64,000 bases of DNA from an uncultured Candidatus Saccharibacteria bacterium (lineage in GTDB: Bacteria; Patescibacteriota; Saccharimonadia; Saccharimonadales; UBA10212). The notes beneath the pieces are model-generated. The model ran no database searches. It saw only the letters and a list, made by a program, of their open reading frames with translations, and was not told where the DNA came from. A program made the position numbers and the translations under genes. Position 1 is the first letter of the stretch. Each line of letters starts with the position of its first letter. Location of the stretch: assembly GCA_964460855.1 (NCBI GenBank), contig CAYWQH010000001.1:123868-187867 (forward strand), written 5' to 3'. This document shows positions 55,742 through 64,000 of the stretch, one piece after another.

Positions 55742-55749
55742 CGCACGAA

Positions 55750-56142
55750 TTAGCTAGACCAATTTTTTAATAATTTTCGAACTTCGTCATCCCTTTCATA
55801 CAGGATTTCTGAATTTCTAAATACCTCTTTTTGAAATTGGTCATTATTTTCGTTAGCTAGTTTTCGAAGCCGTTCAATTGAGCGCAATACAATATTGATA
55901 TGTTGCCCTTCTAAATCATAAAAGTATTCGCCTTTTGTAAATTTTTCTTCAATTTTTAACGGCAATATTATCAATATGTCTATATCAGAGTTTGGTTTAT
56001 TGGTACCCTTTGCTACCGAACCATAAAGAAGTATCGCTGATACATGGCTATTAATGTTCTTGTACCAAAGCTCTTCGCATAGTTTTTGCTTTATAAAGTT
56101 CCCGGCGAGATCTATAGCTTCAATTTTAGTAATAGCCGACAT
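55750..56142 (-). CDS. Minimal nucleotidyltransferase (MNT-like) domain protein
   Basis: LLYGSVAKGTNKPNSDIDILII fits the GS-x9-12-DxD NTase motif. Confidence 0.65.
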   Translation of the reverse strand: MSAITKIEAIDLAGNFIKQKLCEELWYKNINSHVSAILLYGSVAKGTNKPNSDIDILIILPLKIEEKFTKGEYFYDLEGQHINIVLRSIERLRKLANENNDQFQKEVFRNSEILYERDDEVRKLLKNWSS

Positions 56143-56160
56143 TTAATTAACTTGCTTATG

Positions 56161-56370
56161 TTATTTTTTGCCGTTGAGGTATTTGCCGGCCACACTTAGG
56201 GCGAACGACGGCAGGATAATAAAGACCGTGGCCATCAACAGCCGCATCAAGAATATATCGAAACTAGTCCTCGTACTGTCATTTTCGGGCGCCGTTAAAA
56301 CAATCATAATGCCGATAATCCCAAAAGTAATTGAGGCATATATAAAAACTTGGGTAGCTGTCTTTTGCAT
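56161..56370 (-). CDS. Small two-TM membrane protein
   Basis: 69 aa, hydrophobic. Confidence 0.45.
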   Translation of the reverse strand: MQKTATQVFIYASITFGIIGIMIVLTAPENDSTRTSFDIFLMRLLMATVFIILPSFALSVAGKYLNGKK

Positions 56371-56413
56371 AAGCCCAGTATAACAAGCTAAAGCGGTGAA
56401 TTAATTTCGATAT

Positions 56414-59400
56414 CTAAGAAGAACCATAGGCTGACAGGTTGCCATCGTTATAGCCGGTACCGGTGGTCGTGTAGGTTGCTGGCAGCGATGTAAGATTTGT
56501 TTGGCTGCTAGTGTAGGCCTTATACGTGCTGCCGGTACTGTCGCGGAATTTAACCGTACCTCCGGTGCCCAACACCGCCATCCAGTATTTAGTGCCGGCG
56601 GCCAAAGGCGCCGGTGTTACCGTAATGGTGTTCCAGCTGTTGGCAACCGGCGCGCTTATCGAACCGCTGGCCATTAAACTGCCCGGCTTGCCGTTATTGT
56701 CGGAATAAATCCCAACACTCAGGTTAGTGGCGGTTGAGCCGCTGGCTATATAATAGCTCATTTTGCTGATTGTTCCGCTGGCAGCGGCAGTTGTTTGGAA
56801 TGTTTCGGCCTGCCCGCCGGTATCGCTATCGGCATGGGTTTGGACCGTTTGGCTTCCGATCAACACTTGCGAACCATTGTTTACCGTAACTGTAATCGTC
56901 GCCGAAGTAGTTTGCTTGCCCGAAGAGTCGGTGGCGACGGCAGTTAAGCTGTGGGTTCCGTTAGTGGCCGAAGTAGTTGCCCAGTTTACCTGGTACGGCG
57001 CGGTAGTATCTGCCGTACTGAGATTTGCCCCGTCAAGTTTAAACTGGACATTGGCTATGGCCACATCGTCGCTGGCATTGGCCGAAACATTTATCGAGCC
57101 GGATACTGTGGCGTTGTTGGCCGGTGCAGTTAAGTTGACTGTTGGCGGGCTTAAATCATTAAGCACATTCACGATTATCGAAGTATTTGCCGTATTGCCG
57201 GAAGTGTCGGTGGCGACGGCCGAGATGGTATGCGGGCCGTTGGAATAGGCTGTGCTGTCCCAGCTAATTTGATACGGAGTAGCCGTACAAACCGCCCCAT
57301 AACTCACGCCGTCAACCTGGAAATAAACCGTATCGACGGACACGTTGTCGGTGGCCGACGCAATTAACTGCACATTGGTACCGCTAACAGTAGCATTGGC
57401 GGCCGGGCTGGTTATGGTAACTGTTGGCGGTGTGGTGTCCGGTTTGGGGGCATTGGATACAGTTACTGAAACCGAAGAACTGGATGTGTTGCCAATGGCG
57501 TCGCGGGCCACGGCAGTAATGGTATGAGTGCCATTGCTTGCAGTTGCCGTATCCCAATTGTAGGTATACGGCGAGGCGGTAATTTCAGCTCCCAAGTTGG
57601 CGCCGTCGATCTTGAACTGCACGCCGGCAATACCGTTGGTGTCGCTGGTATCGGCCGAAATAGCAGTAACGCCCGAAGCGGTTGAGCCGTCAGACGGAGC
57701 AGTAATTGAAACTCCCGGGTTAGTGTTGTCGGTGGTAAATGTCACCGCCGTGGATGTGGCCGTGTTGCCGGCCCCGTCTTTGGCGATGGCCGTGACAGTA
57801 TGCTGGCCGTCGCCCAGGGCCAGGGAATTCCAGCTGAAGTTATATGGCGCACTTACCAGCGCCGGGCCGGCATTTACGCCATCAACTTGGAACTGGACAC
57901 TGGCAACACCGATATTATCGTTGGCCACGGCCGAAAAAGTCAGATTGCCGTGCTGCAGCGAACCGGCCGCTGGGTTGGTAACCGATACGTTCGGCGCGGT
58001 AGTATCCGGCGCCGGCGCGCCTATGGCGACGGCTTTATACATAACCCGGGCGTGGTGGTGGGCGCAGTCCGAATCATCTTGTTCGTCAAAATAAACCACG
58101 TCTATGACGTTGGGGTTATTGTCGCGCGACGGGTCAAAACGGATTGATGCCGAACCGTCGGTTCCGGGCTCGCAGGTGTCGCCGGACGACGGCGCCGTTT
58201 TACTTTGCGGGTCGAGGGTGGCGTAAGCCCCCCAACTGGCGCCTAAGCCGCCAAGCTGGTACTGGTAGCCGAATTGGACGTTTATATCATGGCCCAGGAA
58301 AACGAAATTAGCATTAGAGGATGAAGTATAGTTTTGCGGCGTATGGGCGAACCAGGTGCCATTCGGGTTGCTGGCGCCGCCGCTGCCGCCGGGCGGCGTG
58401 TTGTCGGTCCATAAACCATTAGCGTCGCGGTAGCGCATCCTGACATAGTCGGTGCCGTTGGGCGTACCGTCCATAAATACTACAATTGGCCGGCCAGAAG
58501 TATCAACCGTTAAGCCAGGTCCTTGGTCGCTATCGCCGTTATTAAGCACATTGGAATCGCCCAAAGTAACCTGTTCCGGAATGCTCCAGCTACCGCCGGT
58601 ATATTTCGAGTAATCTATTTCCGAATGCGTAGCCAAGGAGTTATTCATCCAGGCCAGGTTAAAGCTGCCGTCCAAGGCGGTTACCATTGAGGGATGCATG
58701 ATGTTGGTGCCAATGGCAATGGAGGCCGGGGTCGTCCAGGAACCGCCGGCGTGGCTGGTAAATTGCAGTGAATTAGCACTGCCGCTGGTAGCGTAAACGA
58801 TTAACGGCTGGTCATTAGAATCTAAACTTAAAGCAACCTGCCCGGTCCTCGGCCAGCTGATACCGTCAGTTACGCTGGCCCCGCTGCCTACCGCTGTGCG
58901 GCCGCCCCAGGTATCGGTTAGGGTTGAGTAAGTCTGGTAATAAACCGTGCCGGTTAAGCCTTCCACATATGCCATATGGATGGTGCCCGCCCGGTCTAAC
59001 CGGCTGTCCGGGCTTTGCATCATGGCCGTAGCGTTATAGGTACAATCGGTGGTGCTGGTTGAAGTTGGCCGGTGCGACGCATCCTGCTCGGTAAAAGCAT
59101 TCGGAGCGTAAGGGTTGCCCGGCTGCGAGCCGCTACCCTTCCAGATATGGATAGTGCCGTTGCCGCCGCCCTGGCAGGCATTGTCGTCGGAGGCGATTAC
59201 ATAAACCACATTATTGGCAGTGCGGATTACCTGGCGGTCGGAAGCGTCAATAAAACCGTTGCCGACCGCTACGCCCTGGGTAGAAGCATCCGGCGACGGC
59301 GTTGGCGAACTGACATTAAATGTATTGCTAGTTGTAACGTTAATCGGGATGGAGGTGGCCGTGTTGCCCGAAGTGTCGCGGGCCACGGCCGTCAAAATAT

Positions 59401-60709
59401 GGCTGCCGTTTATTACAGAAGAAGTGTCCCAGTTTATAGCGTAGGGCGCGGTGGTGTCTTCGTTTTGGAGGTTTACGCCGTCCAGCTTGAACTGCACGCC
59501 GGCTACGGCGGCATTGTCGCTGGCCGAGGCGTTAACCGAAACCACGCCGGTCAGGGCCGAACCGTCGGCCGGCGCCGTAATATTGACGCTTGGCGCGGTG
59601 GTGTCGCAGGCCGCGGTTTGGGCGCTTAACGTTGCCTGGTTGGAATGGTTGTTGGCGGCATCGTAGGCGTCTACACCCAGCGAGTATGACGTGCCGCAAG
59701 TTAAGCCACTAATCGTGCCAGTAAGTCCGGTAAACGTGCCGGCCGCCGAAGTTCCGTTATATAAGGTATAGCCAGTTACGGCCGTGTCGTCGGTGGAGGC
59801 CGTCCAGGAAGTTGAAATGGTAGTTGCCGTGTTGCCGGTAACCGCGAAGTTCGTAGGGGCAGTTGGCGGCGTTATGTCCGGCGCGGTATTGAGCTGGGCT
59901 TTATAAGTTACGACCGTGCCGGCGTACGGGCTGGCGGCGCTGGACAGCGCCGGGGCAGTTTGGTTGCCGATGGCGCTGACCAATTTATACTGCTGCCATT
60001 GCTTTTTATATACCGTGCCTAAGTTGGATGTCAGCTGGGTCGGGAAAGCCGTAAAGCCGCTGCCGGCCGTGAACGTTTCGTTGGTGGAGCCATCGCCAAA
60101 TGAGCCGATTACCAATTCGGTGTCCTGGGTGGTGGCGGCAGTGGTGCCGGTAGCCAGCGCGGCTGTATTGCCCGTGGCGGTCGCTTTTTGGTCGACGCGG
60201 TTAGTGGCGGCAATACCGTTCCATTCGGTGGCCAGCGCCAGGCGCATGCTGGCCGCGGCCGAATAGGTAACTCTAATAGTGTCGCCAGCGGCCAAGCCGT
60301 TAGTCATATAACCGGATAAAACCGTTGTTATAGTGCCGTTGCTGGAATTGGCGCTGATACTGTCCTGCGTATAAATATTGCCTTTGGAGTCGGCAACCGA
60401 TGCTGCCGACACTCCGGAATAGTTGTTGCCAGCAAAAATTATAACCGTGTTGCCCTGGGCGACGCCGGCGGCCGGCACGGTAAGTACTAAAGTATTGGCG
60501 GCCGTGTAAGATTGCGCCGTTGCCGAGGCTACTTCTTTAACGAAGCTGATGTTGCCAGCGGCATTGGTATCTTTCTTTTGAATTAAAAATACGGCGGCTA
60601 GCAGCACGCAGATAGTAATTGTAATGGCCAGCCTAAGATATTTTGTTAAGGCCCTGTTAGCTGTTAAATTATCCAGGAAATTCCGAAGTCCAGTACCGAA
60701 GCGCATCAA
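56414..60709 (-). CDS. Giant surface protein (1431 aa): anchor, lectin-like domain, FN3, five Ig-like repeats, BNR/propeller-like region
   Basis: N-terminal TM anchor and an FN3-like segment (aa 280-367). Ig-like repeats carry the recurring motif ...V.F..DG..L....T.APY...W.T....NG.H..TAVA.D..GN..... Confidence 0.85.
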   Translation of the reverse strand: MMRFGTGLRNFLDNLTANRALTKYLRLAITITICVLLAAVFLIQKKDTNAAGNISFVKEVASATAQSYTAANTLVLTVPAAGVAQGNTVIIFAGNNYSGVSAASVADSKGNIYTQDSISANSSNGTITTVLSGYMTNGLAAGDTIRVTYSAAASMRLALATEWNGIAATNRVDQKATATGNTAALATGTTAATTQDTELVIGSFGDGSTNETFTAGSGFTAFPTQLTSNLGTVYKKQWQQYKLVSAIGNQTAPALSSAASPYAGTVVTYKAQLNTAPDITPPTAPTNFAVTGNTATTISTSWTASTDDTAVTGYTLYNGTSAAGTFTGLTGTISGLTCGTSYSLGVDAYDAANNHSNQATLSAQTAACDTTAPSVNITAPADGSALTGVVSVNASASDNAAVAGVQFKLDGVNLQNEDTTAPYAINWDTSSVINGSHILTAVARDTSGNTATSIPINVTTSNTFNVSSPTPSPDASTQGVAVGNGFIDASDRQVIRTANNVVYVIASDDNACQGGGNGTIHIWKGSGSQPGNPYAPNAFTEQDASHRPTSTSTTDCTYNATAMMQSPDSRLDRAGTIHMAYVEGLTGTVYYQTYSTLTDTWGGRTAVGSGASVTDGISWPRTGQVALSLDSNDQPLIVYATSGSANSLQFTSHAGGSWTTPASIAIGTNIMHPSMVTALDGSFNLAWMNNSLATHSEIDYSKYTGGSWSIPEQVTLGDSNVLNNGDSDQGPGLTVDTSGRPIVVFMDGTPNGTDYVRMRYRDANGLWTDNTPPGGSGGASNPNGTWFAHTPQNYTSSSNANFVFLGHDINVQFGYQYQLGGLGASWGAYATLDPQSKTAPSSGDTCEPGTDGSASIRFDPSRDNNPNVIDVVYFDEQDDSDCAHHHARVMYKAVAIGAPAPDTTAPNVSVTNPAAGSLQHGNLTFSAVANDNIGVASVQFQVDGVNAGPALVSAPYNFSWNSLALGDGQHTVTAIAKDGAGNTATSTAVTFTTDNTNPGVSITAPSDGSTASGVTAISADTSDTNGIAGVQFKIDGANLGAEITASPYTYNWDTATASNGTHTITAVARDAIGNTSSSSVSVTVSNAPKPDTTPPTVTITSPAANATVSGTNVQLIASATDNVSVDTVYFQVDGVSYGAVCTATPYQISWDSTAYSNGPHTISAVATDTSGNTANTSIIVNVLNDLSPPTVNLTAPANNATVSGSINVSANASDDVAIANVQFKLDGANLSTADTTAPYQVNWATTSATNGTHSLTAVATDSSGKQTTSATITVTVNNGSQVLIGSQTVQTHADSDTGGQAETFQTTAAASGTISKMSYYIASGSTATNLSVGIYSDNNGKPGSLMASGSISAPVANSWNTITVTPAPLAAGTKYWMAVLGTGGTVKFRDSTGSTYKAYTSSQTNLTSLPATYTTTGTGYNDGNLSAYGSS
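56876..58009 (-). repeat. Four tandem Ig-like coding repeats (about 93-95 aa each) inside the giant gene; a fifth lies at 59324-59605
   Basis: Repeat boundaries were derived by counting residues 901-1278 and 369-462 of the ORF. Confidence 0.7.
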
Positions 60710-60840
60710 CCCTCCTTAGCCACCCGTATATTCAACTATTTACAGTATCAAGCATTTTTAATGGCTGGTACAGCATAATTTTAAGAAATTACTACAAGTA
60801 ACTTCTTTTTAACGCATTCGATTAATTGCCTAATAAAAAT

Positions 60841-61110
60841 TTAGTCTTCGATGCCTTCTTGTTTGTGCAGGACTTTATCGACGGCTTTTTCGGCTTTTTT
60901 GTCGGCGGCCGACTGGTTTTTATCTTTAAGCAGGCCGGCGACAATCAAAGCGATAATAAACGACACTAAAATACCCAGCAGCAAAAAAAGAGTAAAACTA
61001 TAGCCTTTGCGCTTGGCAATATTAGCCGGCCACAATGCCAAGCATATCCAGGCTACCGCGCCCAATAGTCCATAAAAGATCATAATTGCCTCCGCCTTAA
61101 TTGCTTCCAA
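60841..61110 (-). CDS. Small membrane protein
   Basis: 89 aa with two TM helices and a charged tail. Confidence 0.5.
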   Translation of the reverse strand: MEAIKAEAIMIFYGLLGAVAWICLALWPANIAKRKGYSFTLFLLLGILVSFIIALIVAGLLKDKNQSAADKKAEKAVDKVLHKQEGIED

Positions 61111-61139
61111 TTATAAACTATCAGCTGCCGGCCGCATGG

Positions 61140-61814
61140 CTAAGGCCTGGTGTGGTTGAGGCAGTGAATTGCTTTATGGTCTATAGCTTTAGCCTGGGGC
61201 TCGCTATTAGCGCTAGAGGTTGATTTGCCATGGAGGCTATCGGTAGCATCCCACAAATGAAATATACTTTCAAATTCTACATCGGTATAACATTCGCCGG
61301 TATTTATATTGGCGCTTACAATGCTCGACGTATATCGGCCGTTACCGCCCATTACAACTTCGGCCGATACCTGGTTATTTGGCCCGCCATACTGGGGATT
61401 GTGCTGAACAACGCAGTGGTCTCCCCGGCGCGGCTTAAAGCCCTGTGAGGTCCAGCCCTGTCTATCGCTGTCATCATTATCGGCGAAACAATATGTATCA
61501 AACGGCCCCCAGGCGCTGCCGGGAGTTTTGGATTCGCGCAAAACGGTCATGCCAAAACTATGAACGGCCCGATTGATTTTTGCCGCCCTAACCGGATCCG
61601 TTCCATACTCTACAAAATCATATGGGGTGGCGCGGGCTTCAGTTGTAGCAGCGGGAGGTTTAGCGCTTGTGGCAGTAGGAGCCGGCTGCGGGATGGATTC
61701 TTTTTTATGGCCTGAGTCGCCGCAGCCAACCAGCAATGCGACCGACGCCATCATACCGGTAACCGCTGCCCTTGGCTTTTTGAATCTTATACTGCTTTCG
61801 ATGCTGTTGGGCAT
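61140..61814 (-). CDS. Lipoprotein, hypothetical
   Basis: Lipobox LLVGC. AGGAG lies 6 nt before the ATG at 61814. Confidence 0.6.
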   Translation of the reverse strand: MPNSIESSIRFKKPRAAVTGMMASVALLVGCGDSGHKKESIPQPAPTATSAKPPAATTEARATPYDFVEYGTDPVRAAKINRAVHSFGMTVLRESKTPGSAWGPFDTYCFADNDDSDRQGWTSQGFKPRRGDHCVVQHNPQYGGPNNQVSAEVVMGGNGRYTSSIVSANINTGECYTDVEFESIFHLWDATDSLHGKSTSSANSEPQAKAIDHKAIHCLNHTRP

Positions 61815-61882
61815 AGAAACTCCTGGCGTTTGGATTGTCCAAACCTCGTCTGTTTCCAATTATAAACTATTTAATACAGAGG

Positions 61883-62371
61883 TTAATTGGTAGTGCTTTG
61901 GGTTTGCGGGCCGCCACCGTACCCCGGATTGATAATAATGCTAGCTGCTTGCGACAGATTAGTATTGCTAGTAATTACCGCTACCGTATCGCCATTTTTA
62001 ATGTCGCTTGCCTTAGCCGGCTGGCCGTTATTGGTAACTATAGTGCTGCCGGTTATCGCATATGTGACATTTGAGCCGGTGCGCCGGGATTGGACGGTGA
62101 TACTCGAAGTACTAACCGAAGACACCGTACCGAGGTTAATCCCCCTGCCACGGCCAAATTGCCGTAGGCCCATCATTCCGCCGCCGTTAAGCCCATTTGT
62201 CATAAATGGTTGGGTTGTAACAGTATTAAGCGAGTTAATGGCGTGCTTCTTTTGGTATTGGGCGCCGGCATAAAAGGCAATGCCAAAAACTAATACAAAG
62301 CTAATAAAGCCAATCAGTAAATTTTCATTAGAAACTTTAAGCGGGTTTTTTGATGGGGCGGGTTTTTCCAT
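61883..62371 (-). CDS. Membrane-anchored protein with a small beta-barrel (DUF5666-like) domain
   Basis: TM anchor, then SITVQSRRTGSNVTYAITGSTIVTNNGQPAKASDIKNGDTVAV. Confidence 0.5.
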   Translation of the reverse strand: MEKPAPSKNPLKVSNENLLIGFISFVLVFGIAFYAGAQYQKKHAINSLNTVTTQPFMTNGLNGGGMMGLRQFGRGRGINLGTVSSVSTSSITVQSRRTGSNVTYAITGSTIVTNNGQPAKASDIKNGDTVAVITSNTNLSQAASIIINPGYGGGPQTQSTTN

Positions 62372-62418
62372 AACTGGGAATGTATCCTTATTAGCTTAAT
62401 AAACGCTGAGAAATCGTA

Positions 62419-62913
62419 CTATTGCGTAACTATATCGAATTTTAGCGGGATGGATTTAGTTAGCGAATCGCCAACCGGCGAAGTTTTTTCGCATTTCTCT
62501 TTTAGCTTTTCTATTTGTTCTGGCGAAGCTTGGGGAGCTTTTAGGTGGATCATATAGCTAATACTGTCATAACCTGATCCGGCGGCTTCATCCACGCCTA
62601 AAAATGACTGCGTATTGTAGTGGCCGGTAGCTTCGACCCGCAGGTCTTCAATATTTAAGCCCATTAAGGTTGCGTTCATGGCAATAACATCCACTTCGCA
62701 GGCAGCCAGAGAAGCCAGCAACATTGGCATGGCCCGCATCTCGCCTTCACCTCCGACACTAATAGTGGTATCGCCCATTTCGACCCGCGTTTTTGAGCCG
62801 CCCTCCCAATGGGCCGTCAATTTAGGCTGCCGTTCGGCCGTTGAGGCATCGTTATTGGCGTCTTCGTGCGATTGTTTGAGTTTTTCCAAGTCGTAACCGT
62901 TTACTGCCGTCAT
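62419..62913 (-). CDS. OsmC/Ohr family protein
   Basis: 164 aa with LLASLAACEV and a C-terminal C..SPV pattern. Confidence 0.75.
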   Translation of the reverse strand: MTAVNGYDLEKLKQSHEDANNDASTAERQPKLTAHWEGGSKTRVEMGDTTISVGGEGEMRAMPMLLASLAACEVDVIAMNATLMGLNIEDLRVEATGHYNTQSFLGVDEAAGSGYDSISYMIHLKAPQASPEQIEKLKEKCEKTSPVGDSLTKSIPLKFDIVTQ

Positions 62914-63071
62914 AGATTTAACTCCTTTACTTACAGTATATATTCAATCAAGTAATATTGCGGTTTGTATAAATAGTTACATTTGATTGTGCCGTTTTGG
63001 AGTAGGATAAATTGGTTTTAAGCAATTGTATTTGCTTGCTTAAACATTAATTAAGTTACAAAATACCCCAA

Positions 63072-64000
63072 ATGACCGGAGTTCTTAATTACTTTAAAGG
63101 CGCGCTAGAGTCGCTTAAGCAGGCCGACAGGGATGCCCGCTATGTATTGCTACTGATAATTTATGTGCCGCTGCTTTTTATTACTACGCTTCAAGCGCTT
63201 AACAAAGGCTGGTTCGACAGTTTTGAGCGGCCGGTATTCCATGCCGTAAACGGTTTGCCGCATATTTTTCACTACCCGTTTTTGGCGGCTACCCAGTTTG
63301 GCAGTTTAGTTGGCGTCATTGCCTGGTGCGCCGCAGCTTATATATTAGTTAACCGCCGCTGTTCCATACTGGTAGCCGTCGGCGGGTTATTTGGCTGGCT
63401 GGCCGCTAAAATTTTAAAAGTTCTGGTGCACCGCGGCCGGCCACAGGATTTACTGGATAGTGTTTCGTCATTTCATACCCAATTTAGCGGATACGGTTTC
63501 CCAAGTGGCCATGCCACCGTTTCGGCCGCCTGCGCCACCGTGCTTTACTACCAAGTAGCCCCCAAGTACCGTAAGTTTATTTTGATCACTGTGTTGTTTG
63601 TCGGCTTGAGCCGTATGTATTTGGGCGCCCACTTTCCGCTGGACGTAGTTGGCGGCTGGGCATTGGGCGTAACGGTAGCCGCCATAATATCTTTGATATT
63701 CGGTAACTCCCGCAACCGGGTGCGGGGCACTTACATCAGGCGGATATTAAATAAACGCGATTACGACCTCGAAACGGTAAAGTCCCTAAACCTCGACGCC
63801 CGCGGCTCACGGCCGTTTTACATAAAAGATACTGACGGCAATGAGTATTTTGCCAAGCTGTTTGGAAGCCAGGAGCATGCCGCCGACTGGCTGTTTAAGA
63901 TATACAGGCTATTCCGCTATAAAAACCTGCAAGCCGAAGAGCCGTATTTTAACGGCCGGCGAAATATTGAAGTAGAAGCTTTAGCCAACTTATGGGCCCG
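63072..64000 (+). CDS. PAP2 phosphatase fused to a C-terminal kinase-like domain (partial, runs off the window)
   Basis: Hand translation gives the three PAP2 motifs: KVLVHRGRP, FPSGHA and SRMYLGAHFPLD. These are followed by ...YFAKLFGSQEHAADWLFKIYR..., which resembles the N-lobe of a lipid/protein kinase-like fold. Confidence 0.7.
   Translation, partial: MTGVLNYFKGALESLKQADRDARYVLLLIIYVPLLFITTLQALNKGWFDSFERPVFHAVNGLPHIFHYPFLAATQFGSLVGVIAWCAAAYILVNRRCSILVAVGGLFGWLAAKILKVLVHRGRPQDLLDSVSSFHTQFSGYGFPSGHATVSAACATVLYYQVAPKYRKFILITVLFVGLSRMYLGAHFPLDVVGGWALGVTVAAIISLIFGNSRNRVRGTYIRRILNKRDYDLETVKSLNLDARGSRPFYIKDTDGNEYFAKLFGSQEHAADWLFKIYRLFRYKNLQAEEPYFNGRRNIEVEALANLWA

Noticed and set aside
55420-55746. 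108-aa minus-strand ORF
   Set aside because: It is antisense to the YdeI/OmpD-associated family gene, whose translation shows a recognisable conserved pattern.
55750-56142. MNT-like nucleotidyltransferase as half of an HEPN-MNT toxin-antitoxin pair
   Set aside because: No HEPN-like (Rx4-6H) partner ORF is adjacent. The neighbours are a small membrane protein and a YdeI-like gene, so a TA call is unsupported.
56526-60266. Many plus-strand ORFs (60-185 aa) inside the giant surface-protein gene
   Set aside because: They are shadow ORFs of a repeat-rich, Thr/Ala/Gly-rich coding region. The minus-strand frame has a clear domain repeat structure.
1-64000. Alternative genetic code (UGA=Gly, as in Gracilibacteria/SR1), considered because of the CPR-like gene content
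   Set aside because: Long conserved genes (dnaK, lepA, aspS, murJ) are uninterrupted under the standard code, and TGA terminates hrcA and the cassette genes at the expected ends.
1-64000. CRISPR arrays, tRNA/rRNA genes, IS elements, prophage or integrase genes
   Set aside because: I saw no regularly spaced direct repeats, no cloverleaf-like segments in the few intergenic gaps, and no transposase, integrase or capsid-like ORFs. The scan was visual, so small tRNAs could be missed.

Overview
Dense (about 90% coding), moderate-GC chromosomal window read in the standard genetic code: TGA, TAA and TAG all terminate conserved genes at the expected ends. The gene content points to a small-genome Patescibacteria/CPR-like, possibly Saccharibacteria-like, organism. 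It has streamlined housekeeping genes, many membrane-anchored secreted proteins with Pro-rich or acidic low-complexity tails, a 1431-aa Ig-repeat surface protein and no biosynthetic operons. This taxonomic call is inference only, since the window has no rRNA. Recognisable core genes are the heat-shock operon hrcA-grpE-dnaK-dnaJ (under tandem CIRCE operators, interrupted by six unknown ORFs), gmk, lepA, murJ, an ABC-2 exporter pair, a Mur ligase, MscS, an envelope cluster ending in an L,D-transpeptidase, an AlkA-like glycosylase, a Nudix gene with an in-frame stop, aspS (no GAD insert), CNNM/CBS, DsbA, NRAMP, Kef-type antiporter, uppP, corA, an MprF-like lysyl-PG synthase-domain protein, ArsR+YCII, GrpB, OsmC and a PAP2 fusion. 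The most interesting signals are four. (1) Five self-contained single-gene mini-cassettes (9.4-10.0 kb and 16.7-18.7 kb) have codon usage foreign to the host. Four are GC3-rich with AAG/GAG/CTG codons and one is AT-rich with AGA Arg codons. Each has its own host-type (mostly extended -10) promoter and a start-proximal SD-like purine tract, and the four GC3-rich ones carry a GC-rich hairpin terminator. All encode small proteins with no domain I recognise. (2) A family of about 170-190-nt intergenic structured elements is present. Two copies (21935-22105 and 28689-28860) share long identical blocks and show compensatory base-pair changes. Two long-hairpin relatives (9065-9253 and 18764-18938) sit next to the foreign cassettes. 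(3) A 15-bp perfect inverted repeat brackets one cassette. (4) Several apparent leaderless promoters place a -10 box 6-8 nt before the ATG. I found no rRNA, tRNA, CRISPR array, transposase or integrase.
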